DNA of 64,000 nt from a virus: the IMG/VR virus record IMGVR_UViG_3300025133_000049, positions 30,788 through 94,787 of that record, one strand, 5' to 3'. This document shows, piece after piece, positions 41,101-50,200 of this stretch. How positions within the stretch are numbered: position 1 is the first letter of the stretch; each line of letters begins with the position of its first letter. Under the pieces are notes generated by a model. The model saw only the letters and a list, made by a program, of their open reading frames with translations. It was not told where the DNA came from and searched no databases. Position numbers and translations under genes: made by a program.

Positions 41101-42322
41101 AGTTGGAGCCGATATAGTTAAACTTGCTAGATCATTAAACATATTTGATGAAAACGGTTTGACACATGTATTCAATGAGTTCGATACTTTCTTATTACAG
41201 AACCCTGTTGCATTCAAAGATAGTTCTACTGACATAGCTAATATGACTAGTTCTGAATTAGCTTCGTTAACAGATCCATCAAGTGCATTATCTCCTTCTA
41301 ACCTTCTAAGGTCATATAGAGGTAATCTTAAAGAGGGTGAATTGGAGAATAAGTTCACTAAAGGTTTAGACATAGTTGCAGAAGGTGGTCATGAATATAT
41401 CACGATCAACAATAATTTATCTGTAGGTATGACTCCTGAAGGACAACAAGAAGTTATGGTATTCTTCGAAGATTTAATGGCTTCTGATAATACTGCTGAA
41501 GCAACTCTTGCTAAGCAATTAACTAAGTATGCATTAGCTGTTAGTGGTTATTCTAAATCATTCTCAAGCTTTATGCACTTACTTCCTCCATCAGCTCATG
41601 TTGCTTACACAAATAGTGTAGAGACATTTAGAAATATGGGAGATCAATATGATAATGCTTCTGCATTTCATACTGGGAAGTTCTTAGATATGTATGTTCA
41701 AAATAATGCAGATAGATTAAAAATTCCAGTGAAGAAAGATTTAACTTCATTTGGTGAATTTGAAAAAGCTCCTACATATGTTTTCAAATATATATCTAAA
41801 GATAATAAGCAATTGCATAAATGGTCAAAAGAGAACTTAAGTTATGACAGAATAGGTCAAAGAGGTCTCAAAGGTTTAGTTAAAGAGTATCATGATGGTG
41901 AATCAATGTATCACTCTGATGGTAGTATGGCCCAATTCAACGCTGAAGGAGCTAAGCTTAAAGCTACATCTCAACAGAAAGGTAATATACAATTACTACA
42001 AGCAGAGCTGATGGTGATCAGTGAAGTTATCTCCTCTCTTATGGCAGAGGATATAACTAATGCAGACCAAGCAGCTAAAGCTGTAACTAAAGTACAAAGA
42101 AAACTTATAGAACTATCCGGTAAAGAAGATACCCAGACGTTTAGAGATTTCATTGGTAAACAAGTACCAACCATTAAAAAGTTTGTAGATAAACGAATTA
42201 ATAGAGGTCAAGACATTACTTTCCAAGAAACTTGGAAAAGAAAAATGGACGGTCAAATGGTAGAAACTCTACCTTACGAACCGTTCTTTAGAAAATTAAT
42301 CCAGAAAATAAAAGAATGTTAA
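35174..42322 (+). CDS. virion-packaged DNA-dependent RNA polymerase (phi14:2 gp66-like) with inserted PD-(D/E)XK nuclease domain
   Basis: GSDFDIDK catalytic motif (DFDID 39941-39955); YRIPTQ, DGAGF, KYS, SAVKVG, GSQMRKL and DNARDP motifs; nuclease insert at ~38350-39135. Confidence 0.93.
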   Translation: MACKIEKVSAENGKDSLLYKSLTAKYPESIALTKYIDIMSEAEGNAKIYGKDKNGEPVAQVDGPKFKLAEFNSYQEQIDSMELMSSMLVSEFANTLSIKDPSKLAGFDLAKLDGDLVALSAAVANVRNNLKRMMFKAPRDVQEIYKTIILNMPQYLEPRGPLTRKLAERGVLIRVRDESVTDLLEQGLEAENGTVDSDVVRVSYERIYDMETLESSAMRSISEEVKTYIRGKEKVNDKGESELSLLGTPRPIEAGEAISDMFTVLAGVQNPSEMLERLEQAVGLKPHLMPIYSDLMNEQPKQIKVNNKTIEYKPITAQLFSTFAKQDYNMHSVVEKIGGGVMITAANAYNTRNNLKNRWKQQTSDIAQTDQTRNINKLNSYTNRADLNRKLRQGNSLALKSTAAYMRAAGFHNVTPAILKDIVDTFNTKSQPPAFKNQSAGAVLVNMLNLVAKPALQGKDIFKNVGETMAETKYLNLLAEHSTKYETDVTAGAFKNSAGKTTHPLNKGSEAQDIWLRLNRDTKYANQFLNDPMYENTKILNTLFSNPEGLNVTSFSTLSNESVTNSGVAFGQLSNYDAINLKLNSYFQGKDSFHAYGPTQADRGNISALVLPKISQDEKIFDQSGTVISPDIKEWVFNQVKGELQRVLNTKDSGYKNHNKNSQMFNLFEGLNEIFKAEDVNMSNIDQLATRLAVTAEQHLYAAIQSDIAYMAKKGVIELDVSGGVRSYKLTNDAIVSDNAHSKGKITNKALNEFLVNNFIYTYEQTLFYAGDPAFFKGKVDMNKRMGLAFTPGEKVTVGDATGIGPTAKIKILQEAEMKSEMAEVYKELLGEKAGKAFLQTEVADGAGFVSLDRYGDLALSRGKHSIAMLEYIDEMSRWDPKKPMPSTEAVLEVYKGFYFRLHADETGVRPFNLKYSTLPVFPAFFEQTKADGSLKYPGMAKISQELRSGRADEVVMGSAVKVGGSNFATLETLAGTEATVIYNESYRFPQDSPTKDKTEDNFGSQMRKLITSNQTPAGKLSVFGETVSEGASIGSYNDAITKIVGNAATRLNKRFLNGDSAPKVAEPMTMEKAKATLEKVQKNTKFIKLEDDGSGYVNTKTGKRYQRVTEFISTKETKMNDVLKSAVNIGNKLDVLTRDFFDGNLKSAKEYDVADSHIVKGYVNQLKEVKAFMDKRGEVVMANDIVLYNDEIGVAGTVDLITYDKDGEVRIYDMKTMRGNQLTESYAADPTVSKYDTTVYGDSNREKHRKQLSMYRILLNNTHGIKAKETAIIPIEVMYKQGETRTSRMNLLDGIPVKPLSKVGEAELINLDPNKGYHKGELNTAELVSSILDSAEASGFVNLDYFLEALTVKDGELTLPLNYPTIKFKTDSLINSAYKKGAGRIKLAGHSAVQVSSLGMVANKGEFSTDSDLKFVRFSKKGSNKELSQLDSMEVSRRIRAGEDVSGEFKTLPAQVRVSPKFFKNKLKEIAKGRVNKAAIGEALTGYRNHLKESGLSEAQKQNKVKAYESFLNKKEAKKAYDKLAKTLKDDKGNWDASKLGEVADIVLYRIPTQAKNSMLSGTIIGFLPEESGATIQVPSEIVDQAGSDFDIDKVYIETTDFNVSEGQIKRVMPDFNEYGELGENSDRQLKAYIQEYHKAVLSSTNHVSELMTPNDTIVLSKLVEEFNMGDDVFNGNWASLALQETFRSNNKAGKEMISISSVASVAHAIAEQLGVESVGDIKIAGKTLELGSILNSDGTRISDEIGEIQNAALDNARDPLLGKLNIDAFTASVVMLLVSAGHGLKYAATVVNDPIIRDLASEYQKHTRHSSPRIAYETAVANVKKRYAIRGKLPKVKLADYSLENAENNRVDQSVEARKEALVVFDELKKIGDKLSKFQTSLNFDSKGTPSTSHGLVSKAVDIASVPGTYLNTMTLNGVGPLAEIGLTQEIKDADSLFKVDPDLYETSQIGAFEKGVIIDPLIVNRKISVAASVVGADIVKLARSLNIFDENGLTHVFNEFDTFLLQNPVAFKDSSTDIANMTSSELASLTDPSSALSPSNLLRSYRGNLKEGELENKFTKGLDIVAEGGHEYITINNNLSVGMTPEGQQEVMVFFEDLMASDNTAEATLAKQLTKYALAVSGYSKSFSSFMHLLPPSAHVAYTNSVETFRNMGDQYDNASAFHTGKFLDMYVQNNADRLKIPVKKDLTSFGEFEKAPTYVFKYISKDNKQLHKWSKENLSYDRIGQRGLKGLVKEYHDGESMYHSDGSMAQFNAEGAKLKATSQQKGNIQLLQAELMVISEVISSLMAEDITNADQAAKAVTKVQRKLIELSGKEDTQTFRDFIGKQVPTIKKFVDKRINRGQDITFQETWKRKMDGQMVETLPYEPFFRKLIQKIKEC

Positions 42323-42325
42323 TCC

Positions 42326-45300
42326 ATGGCTACATGTAACATAACAATAAAAGCTAAAGATGGTGAGTCATCTTTCCTTTTCAAAGAATTATTAAACGTA
42401 AGCAACAACCCTGCTAACGCAATAGATCAATATTTCTATACAAGAACTGAAGAGTTTAAAAGAGAATTTGGTGATTGGGAAGCACCTGGGTTTGATAAGT
42501 CTAAATTAGATGCCAGAGGAGAACCTTTGTTCTCAGCTATATCTGATGAAGCTTGGCATTTTGATACAGACTTTGCAAATATAAATCTAGAAGAAGGAGC
42601 AGCTATTTATAAAAAAGTTCTTGATGTAGCTCCTGTATTGATAGATACTCTTGAGACTAAGTTAAAACAACTTAAAGGTTTGAGAAAAGGAACAGCCATA
42701 CTTGCAATTAAACAAGTAGAAAGCTTATTAGAAACTTTGAAGACTGAGGACTTAGCTACAGGTATTCCTAAAGTATTAGCAAGTTCTTCTAAGTACTTAG
42801 CCAGACTTAAAGAGAGAGCTTTAAATAGTGCAAAAAGCGGAACCGACATACGTAAGTTAGCGGGTATTCATAAAGATGCTCAATCTTATAGAATTGTAGG
42901 AGATTTACAAAATCAATTGTTAGGTACATTAGAAGCTTCGGAGATATTCTCTGAGGATCTCTTTGGTTCTATTTCCAGTGTAATGGGAGATATGTTAGCT
43001 ATTGAAAATGTATATATGGAAGTAGCTAAGAAACATTTAGTTGAAGCATTTCATTCACAAGATTCATCTTGGAGTAAGAAGAGTATCAGAGATTGGTTAG
43101 ATCATGCACCAAGGGATACTAAGAAAACTGAAATGGCCCTAGAGTACCTGGGAGATTCTCATGATAGGGTATTATCAGCTACAGCCAAAGCAGTTAAAAA
43201 TGTACAGAATGATGTACGTGTTGCTAGTATAGAATTTAATAAAAGATTAGAGGTAGCTCAGATAGCTTTAGAAAAAGAATCTGGGACTAATAATGCAGAG
43301 AAGATGTATGGTGACATTATCTATAAAGGGAAGGACGGTAGTTTAAAATACCTCAACCCTAACATGGAAGCCACGGACTCTAGATTTGCTCAATTAGAGA
43401 AAGTAAGAACTAGTAAACCAGCCTTATATGATTTCTTAGTATTGTACTCAGATACAATGCAAGAGTTAACAGCAATGACCGGCGCTAAACTAGAAGGATC
43501 ACTCCCTATAGTTCTTAAGGCAGGTAGAGAAAGAATACAAGGACAGAATTTAAAAGATAGATATAAACAATTAGCGGATGATAGTAAAAAATCTTTCCTT
43601 AAGTCTAACCAGGATTTAGAAAAAGGTGAGGTAACTAATGGGGTATACCAGGCTAAGGTTCCGGTATATTATACTAACAAGTATGACTCAGTTGATTACG
43701 AATCTTTTTATAAGGACAAATACAAAGAGTTGATTGAAGGTGGGTTAACTGATATAGCAGCTGATGAACAAGCTGATACATATGCAACATTTAAAGCTAC
43801 TGAAAAGAATGCTGAGTTTGTTAGTAAAGATTTAGCATATAGCTTACAATCATTCCACGCAATGGGAACTAATTATGCTCAAATGGATGCTGTTATAGAT
43901 ACCTTAGATGCGGCCAAAGCTGTGGTAGGTTCTAATCAACGTACATACACCTTGGTTGATTCAGGAGGTAAAAGAATAATGAGAAAGATTAGAGGAGCTG
44001 ATGGTAAAGCATTACCAGAAACAATTGGTGGTCCAGAATCGAATTCATACAAAGCTCTAGAGTCATTCTTAGAAGCTCAAGTATACGGTCAAACAGAAGC
44101 ATATAAAGGTACATTTAAAATAGGTAAACATACGATCGATACAGCTAAAGTGCTACGTAAATTAAATAGCGGAACTAGTTGGGTTCAGATGAGTATGAAC
44201 GTACTAGCATCAGCGGCCAATGTAGGTAACGGCGAGTATAATAACGTTATGGAATCTATGGGTGGTGAGTATTTTAATACTAAAGATTACCGTGCGGGAT
44301 CGAAGTTCTATGCTCAACATTTGTCTGGAGTTCTTAGTGATTTCGCAGAGAGAACACCTAAGAGTTTACTAGGTAATATCATAGAGCACTATGATACTAT
44401 GCAAGACTTCCAGGCTAAAGGTACTATCAAAGGAACTGAAGGTACAGCTGCTAGAAGATTGATTAAATGGGATTTAGCTTTCTTCTTACAAAATGCCGGC
44501 GAACACTTTATGCAAACTAGAGCTGCATTAGCTGTATTCAATAACACTAAGACGTTCAATAAAGATGGAACAGAAGCCGGTACTTTACTTAGTGCACACT
44601 CTGTAAAGAATGGATCATTAGTTATTCAGGATGTATACGTTAAAGGTAAAGATGGTGAGTTAGCTAAGTTCGATAGAGCTGAACAGAATAGAGTAACCAA
44701 CAGAGCACAGGCTATTATTAGAAAGTTACACGGTAACTATAATAAACAAACAGCTAACTTAATGAAGAGAGATGCTAGAACAGCATTACTACTTAAGTAT
44801 CGTGATTGGGCTTATGAAGGTATTGTTAGAAGATATGGTAAGAAACAATACTATGATTCATTAGAACAAGATGTGGAAGGATTCTACAGAACAGGAGCTA
44901 GAGTTCTAGGAGCTCAAGCTAAAGCAATATCTAAATTACAATTGTCTCTAGTTAAAGAAAACTGGGCCAACCTAACTGAACATGAGAGAGCTAATGTACG
45001 TAGAGCTGTAATGGAAATAGCTGCATTAACAGCTTTATCTATAGCAGGAGCTTTAATGGCTCACGCAGGTAAGATGGTAGAAGAAGAATACGACGGAGAT
45101 AGTTTTGGAGATATGGCAGCCAGGGGAACCTTTGCTTTCATGAACTATGAAGTGAACAGATTATTCACGGAACTTGCAGCATATTCTAGTATAGGTGAAG
45201 CACTTAGATTAATGCAAACACCTGCTGCGTCTACCTCAATACTCGAAGGTTCTTATAAACTTCTGGTACAGGCATTCAATCCTACAGAGGTTTATGAGAG

Positions 45301-45427
45301 TGGTTGGAGAAAAGGACAATCTAAACTAGGAAGAAGAGTTGAAGCTTTGACTCCTATTTATAAAAATTTAAATACAATATTTAACAAGGAGGGTATTGAA
45401 GAAAAAGGAATCTTTTACGAGATATAA
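42326..45427 (+). CDS. large ejected cargo protein (downstream RNAP partner)
   Basis: 1033 aa; N-terminal TEEFKREFGDW..DARGEP cassette; hydrophobic C-terminal helices; synteny. Confidence 0.8.
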   Translation: MATCNITIKAKDGESSFLFKELLNVSNNPANAIDQYFYTRTEEFKREFGDWEAPGFDKSKLDARGEPLFSAISDEAWHFDTDFANINLEEGAAIYKKVLDVAPVLIDTLETKLKQLKGLRKGTAILAIKQVESLLETLKTEDLATGIPKVLASSSKYLARLKERALNSAKSGTDIRKLAGIHKDAQSYRIVGDLQNQLLGTLEASEIFSEDLFGSISSVMGDMLAIENVYMEVAKKHLVEAFHSQDSSWSKKSIRDWLDHAPRDTKKTEMALEYLGDSHDRVLSATAKAVKNVQNDVRVASIEFNKRLEVAQIALEKESGTNNAEKMYGDIIYKGKDGSLKYLNPNMEATDSRFAQLEKVRTSKPALYDFLVLYSDTMQELTAMTGAKLEGSLPIVLKAGRERIQGQNLKDRYKQLADDSKKSFLKSNQDLEKGEVTNGVYQAKVPVYYTNKYDSVDYESFYKDKYKELIEGGLTDIAADEQADTYATFKATEKNAEFVSKDLAYSLQSFHAMGTNYAQMDAVIDTLDAAKAVVGSNQRTYTLVDSGGKRIMRKIRGADGKALPETIGGPESNSYKALESFLEAQVYGQTEAYKGTFKIGKHTIDTAKVLRKLNSGTSWVQMSMNVLASAANVGNGEYNNVMESMGGEYFNTKDYRAGSKFYAQHLSGVLSDFAERTPKSLLGNIIEHYDTMQDFQAKGTIKGTEGTAARRLIKWDLAFFLQNAGEHFMQTRAALAVFNNTKTFNKDGTEAGTLLSAHSVKNGSLVIQDVYVKGKDGELAKFDRAEQNRVTNRAQAIIRKLHGNYNKQTANLMKRDARTALLLKYRDWAYEGIVRRYGKKQYYDSLEQDVEGFYRTGARVLGAQAKAISKLQLSLVKENWANLTEHERANVRRAVMEIAALTALSIAGALMAHAGKMVEEEYDGDSFGDMAARGTFAFMNYEVNRLFTELAAYSSIGEALRLMQTPAASTSILEGSYKLLVQAFNPTEVYESGWRKGQSKLGRRVEALTPIYKNLNTIFNKEGIEEKGIFYEI

Positions 45428-45431
45428 TTTG

Positions 45432-45439
45432 TACCTTTG
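45432..45439 (+). promoter_or_regulatory. Bacteroidota -7 promoter element for the tail-fibre operon
   Basis: Intergenic TACCTTTG, 17 nt before the ATG. Confidence 0.6.
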
Positions 45440-45456
45440 AATAAAATTATATAACT

Positions 45457-46110
45457 ATGGCACTTACAATTCAAGCTAAATCCATTTCAGCAGATGGTGA
45501 ATCATTAATTATAGAGGATACTACAGTATGGGCAAGTGAAGCTGACCCACGTAATGAACATGCAGTATTGATAAACGGGATATACAGGTTGTCTACAGAA
45601 ACTTCTGAGGCTGTTGGTATATCTTCTTATGATCCAGTAACTGTAGAAGAATGGACAGCAGCCACACCTACGGATGGGAGATTGACTTTCAATGCATATG
45701 CCTATTATATAAAAGGAGGTAGTCATTCGCCAGCTGATCAAGATGTTCAATATGATACTTCATTAGCTGAACTTCAACAATATACAGCTGCAGGTACATC
45801 CTGGGCTAAAGTAGAGTTAGTTGATGTTTTAGATAAGGCAGTTCTTACTTCTGCAACACTGGAGGTACCAAGTCTTACACATGCTTATATCTTACGTAGT
45901 CTTAGAAATTTAGAGTATGTTGTAGAGGTTAAGCAAGAGCTAGCCAAAGGTGCAAAGCAAAATAGATTATTTTACAAAAGAACTGACATGGATTATATAG
46001 TATCCTTAATCATGGCTGCGGAATATAATTGGGCTCTAGAAGCTTATACGCAGTTCTACGATATAGTATATAACCTAAACAATATTATTTTAACTGATCA
46101 AATATCTTAA
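45457..46110 (+). CDS. putative tail hub / fibre-attachment structural protein
   Basis: First gene of the fibre block; assignment by position. Confidence 0.5.
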   Translation: MALTIQAKSISADGESLIIEDTTVWASEADPRNEHAVLINGIYRLSTETSEAVGISSYDPVTVEEWTAATPTDGRLTFNAYAYYIKGGSHSPADQDVQYDTSLAELQQYTAAGTSWAKVELVDVLDKAVLTSATLEVPSLTHAYILRSLRNLEYVVEVKQELAKGAKQNRLFYKRTDMDYIVSLIMAAEYNWALEAYTQFYDIVYNLNNIILTDQIS

Positions 46111-46111
46111 T

Positions 46112-47299
46112 ATGTATTACGAAGGAACTTTATCTACAGTAGAAGCTTTATTTGTTAGTAGAGCTCAACAGAAGATAGCAGAGCTAGGCGCTTCTCTTTC
46201 GGAACAAGCAAGTCGTGGTGATGTTGATCAGGAAGATTATCAGATATCTGTAGAATTACAGTATGCTATACAGGGTTTACAAAGCACGGTGAGTCCATGG
46301 ACTGAAGAGGAGAGATTACTAGTAGTCGATTTCTATACACTTAGAGCTCGATTAACTGTTTATGCTTATAGAGAATTATCATTTCTACCTACATATGTAG
46401 GAGGAAGTGAAGGAGATTGGGCTACCAGAGGAGAGCTTGCTATAGTTGATAATGCAGCTATAACAAGGGATCAGCAACAAGATGTAGCTAATCAGGATGA
46501 AAGGGATAGAATAGAAGAAGAAAGTATAGCCAGAGATGAGGCTTTAGCTGATCTTATAGAGAGAGCTGCAGTTGAAAATGAAATCGTATCGGCAGAGCAG
46601 CACGGCGGTGTTAATGAAGGTGAGACTTTTGTGGTAGGTACTCCGTTAGAAATTATCATAGATAAAATTTTATCCGGTACACCTACAGTATCTAATTTCA
46701 CATTTGATGAACATGTAGATTATGTTGTAGTAGGAGATAGTGTTTCAATCACAAGGTTCTCTTGGGACCATACCGGAGATCCGCAAGGTTTATTATTATT
46801 TGACTCAGAGGGTATTATGGGTAATGTTACGCCGGTTGATATTGGTGAATATATTCCTCCAGCCCCTATTGTATATACTTTAAATACTTTTAAAACTATC
46901 ACCTGGACATTAGCAGGTAATAATATAGACAGCGCAACTAAAGAAATAAAAGGTCTATACAATTCTTATTATGGTAAGAAAGCGCAAGGTGATGATACAC
47001 CTATAGTTGTTACAGAGTCAGATGTATTAGCAGGTACTTCTCAATTAACTGAGACTGATGTATCCGTTACATTTACAGCAGATACCACTAATGGAGAATT
47101 AGGTTGGATAGCCGTACCAACAACACAATCAGGATCTGATTACCTCAAATGGGGTACAGATACATCGAATACAGACTGGATAAGTTCTATCAGTTTTATT
47201 GAAAAACAAGGGACTATAACAGTCAACGGAGTTACGTATACAATATACAGATGGAGATATCGATCTCCTCTTAATCGCGACATACAACTTAGTAAATAA
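46112..47299 (+). CDS. putative virion structural protein (coiled coil plus beta-rich C-terminus)
   Basis: ORF track; coupled to the tail fibre gene. Confidence 0.6.
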   Translation: MYYEGTLSTVEALFVSRAQQKIAELGASLSEQASRGDVDQEDYQISVELQYAIQGLQSTVSPWTEEERLLVVDFYTLRARLTVYAYRELSFLPTYVGGSEGDWATRGELAIVDNAAITRDQQQDVANQDERDRIEEESIARDEALADLIERAAVENEIVSAEQHGGVNEGETFVVGTPLEIIIDKILSGTPTVSNFTFDEHVDYVVVGDSVSITRFSWDHTGDPQGLLLFDSEGIMGNVTPVDIGEYIPPAPIVYTLNTFKTITWTLAGNNIDSATKEIKGLYNSYYGKKAQGDDTPIVVTESDVLAGTSQLTETDVSVTFTADTTNGELGWIAVPTTQSGSDYLKWGTDTSNTDWISSISFIEKQGTITVNGVTYTIYRWRYRSPLNRDIQLSK

Positions 47300-50200
47300 T
47301 GGCAAAAGAACTTAATCATGGGTTGCACATATTAGCGCCCGAACCGGTAGATATTAGATTAGTTAAAGACGTGTATGGTGATCTTTCAACAATTCCTGTA
47401 ATATTTATAGGGTTGAAAGTATTTGTTATAGCTGATAATAAAGAATACAGATATTACTCAGATGGGTGGAAAGAATGGATCCCAGGTGGTGCAGAAACTC
47501 CAGAGTTAACCGCACAGTGGGGCAGTATCACAGGAGATATAAATCTTCAGACTGATTTAGTTAATGCCTTAAATCTTAAGTTCGATAAAACCGGAGGACA
47601 AATTACAGGTCCCGTATACAATACACATACATTTGATGGAGCAAACTTTATATTACTGGGATCAGTTCCAAGTAATCAACAACCTGAAGGCGGGGGTATC
47701 CCAGATGCGCCGGCCGATGGTGTAACATATGGTAGAGAAGATAATGCTTGGGTAGATATTCTACTCAGAGCTGAGGGAGTTCTCGGTAATCCCGGTGTAG
47801 ATGGGTATGTATTATCTTCTACAGCTGCGGGTGTTAGATCTTGGGTAGTACCTCAGTCAGGTCCCCAAGGGGAACAAGGTATACCAGGTGAAGATGGAGC
47901 AACTGGTGCGGATGGTCCACAAGGGGCTGATGGAGCAACAGGGGCTACAGGTGCAACGGGCTCACAAGGTATTCAAGGTATTCAAGGGGATATAGGTCCT
48001 CAAGGTGCTCAAGGAGAACAAGGTATTCAGGGTGAACAAGGTATCCAAGGAGAGCAAGGTGTTCCCGGTGATGATGGTATATCAGGGGATCCTTCAGATG
48101 GAACAACATATGGTAGAAAAGATAATAATTGGAGTAAAGCAGTAGGTTCACATATCACAGGAGAACCTGCAGGTGCTGGGGTGTATGACAATGAGATATA
48201 CTTAACCCAAGCGCAGTACGATGCAGGTCCAATAAATGCAACAACAATATATCACATCACTGACGCAGTTGATAACGGTGGAGGTGGTGGAACAGAAAGT
48301 CCATTAACAACTAAAGGAGATGTATGGGTATACAGCTCAGCTAACACAAGATTACCTGTGGGATCAGCCGGTCAGATATTATCTGCAGATGCTAATGAAG
48401 GTACAGGACTTAAATGGATTGATGCACCACTTACAGGTATCGGAGGTTCTATCGCAAATGATCAAGTAGCTATAGGAGATACTACAGCAGATACAATAGT
48501 AGGATCATCCGGATTAACTTTTAATGGTACATTACTTAATGTAGTAGGTACAATAGCTGCAGATAATGCAGCATATTCTACACCAGTAGGAGAACCTACA
48601 GGATCTGCAAGAATAGGTAACATAGTATATTTGACCCAAGCACAATATGATGCAGGGCCAACTAATGCTACTACAATTTATAAAATAACAGATGCTCCTG
48701 GGGATGGTGGTGAAGGTATTACGAGTCCACTTACAACTAAAGGAGATCTTTGGGGGTTTTCTACAACTGATGCTAGAATTGGAGTAGGAACTAATGATCA
48801 AGTTCTTACAGCTGATAGTACACAAGCATCCGGTGTAGCTTGGAAAGATGCTACTGGAGGTAGTGGCGGCGGTGATGTTTACCTAGCTAATGATAATATA
48901 TTTACAGGATCGAATGAGTTTAAAAACACTGCAACATTTTTTGGTAACACAGGTGTTAATGAAGGTATTACAGTTAATATCCTTGATGGACTAGGTGTGC
49001 CAAGAGCTCTGATGGGAGCAGGCAATCAAGGTTTTTCTATTACTGGAAATCCAGGAGTTACAATAACTACACTATCTACACAATTATCTTATCAAGGTCT
49101 GGACCCTACTGACGATACAGGTATTGGGGATAGAGGATATAATGATGGTAGGTACTTAATGGATTCTCCTAGTGATGGAGGCACTTATGGTAGAAAGGAT
49201 GGTGCTTGGGCTATTGTACCGGAAGCAGCGGATTTAAGTAACTACGTAACATTAAATGGGACACAAACAATAACTGGAGCCAAAACATTTTCTTTAGTAG
49301 TGTCTGGGGTAACTCCCACACTACCAGCTCATTTAGCTACAAAAGCATATACAGATTCTATAGCTGGTGGAACTATTCCAGAAGCACCTGAAGATGGTTC
49401 TACTTACGGACGTAGAGATGCTGCATGGATTCAAGTGGCCGGAGGAGGTGGTGGTGATGCTTATCTCGCTAACTCACAAACGTTTACAGGAGCTAATACA
49501 TTTACACAAGTAATAACAGGTGCGGCTCCTTCACTTCCTTTACATTTATCAACTAAACAATATGTAGATGATAGTGTTATTGCGGTTCAGTACACCCATC
49601 CAGCATACACAGCAAGAAGTATTAATACTTCCGGTGCAGAGGTAATAGATGTATTCACATCAAACTCTCTCGGACATGTGACAAATGCAACTAAGAGAAC
49701 AATGACATTAGCTAACCTTGGGTATACAGGAGCAACTAATGCAAACTATATAACTAATAACAATCAGTTAACTAATGGAAGGGGGTATATAACTGGGATA
49801 TCAAATTATGTAACTACTGATACCACACAATCTATAACAGGGACTAAGACTTTCACTAAGGTTGTTACAGGTGTTACACCTACAGCAGCATTACACTTAG
49901 CTACGAAAGCCTATGTAGATGCTAACGTAGGAGGTGGTGGAACTATTGAAGGAACTATAGCACTTAATCAAGTTGCGTATGGTTCTGGTACAGATACAAT
50001 TCAAGGGTCCTCTAATTTTACGTATGATGGAACATATCTTAAGAATAGATATTTTAAATCATCAGGAGTTGATTACAGATTTTATGATGGAACTTCAAGT
50101 TCATTAGTTCTTTCTTTTAAAAAGTATGCAGGTTGGTCTACTGATGTAGCTTCTACCTTATTACAAATGGAAGCTGGATCTGCTTTAATAACAGGACCTA

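Noticed and set aside
8457-45427. Stop-codon reassignment (TAG/TGA), common in some crAss-like phages
   Set aside because: All late genes are intact long ORFs in code 11, and TAG/TGA serve as real stops (e.g. portal TAG at 13257-13259).
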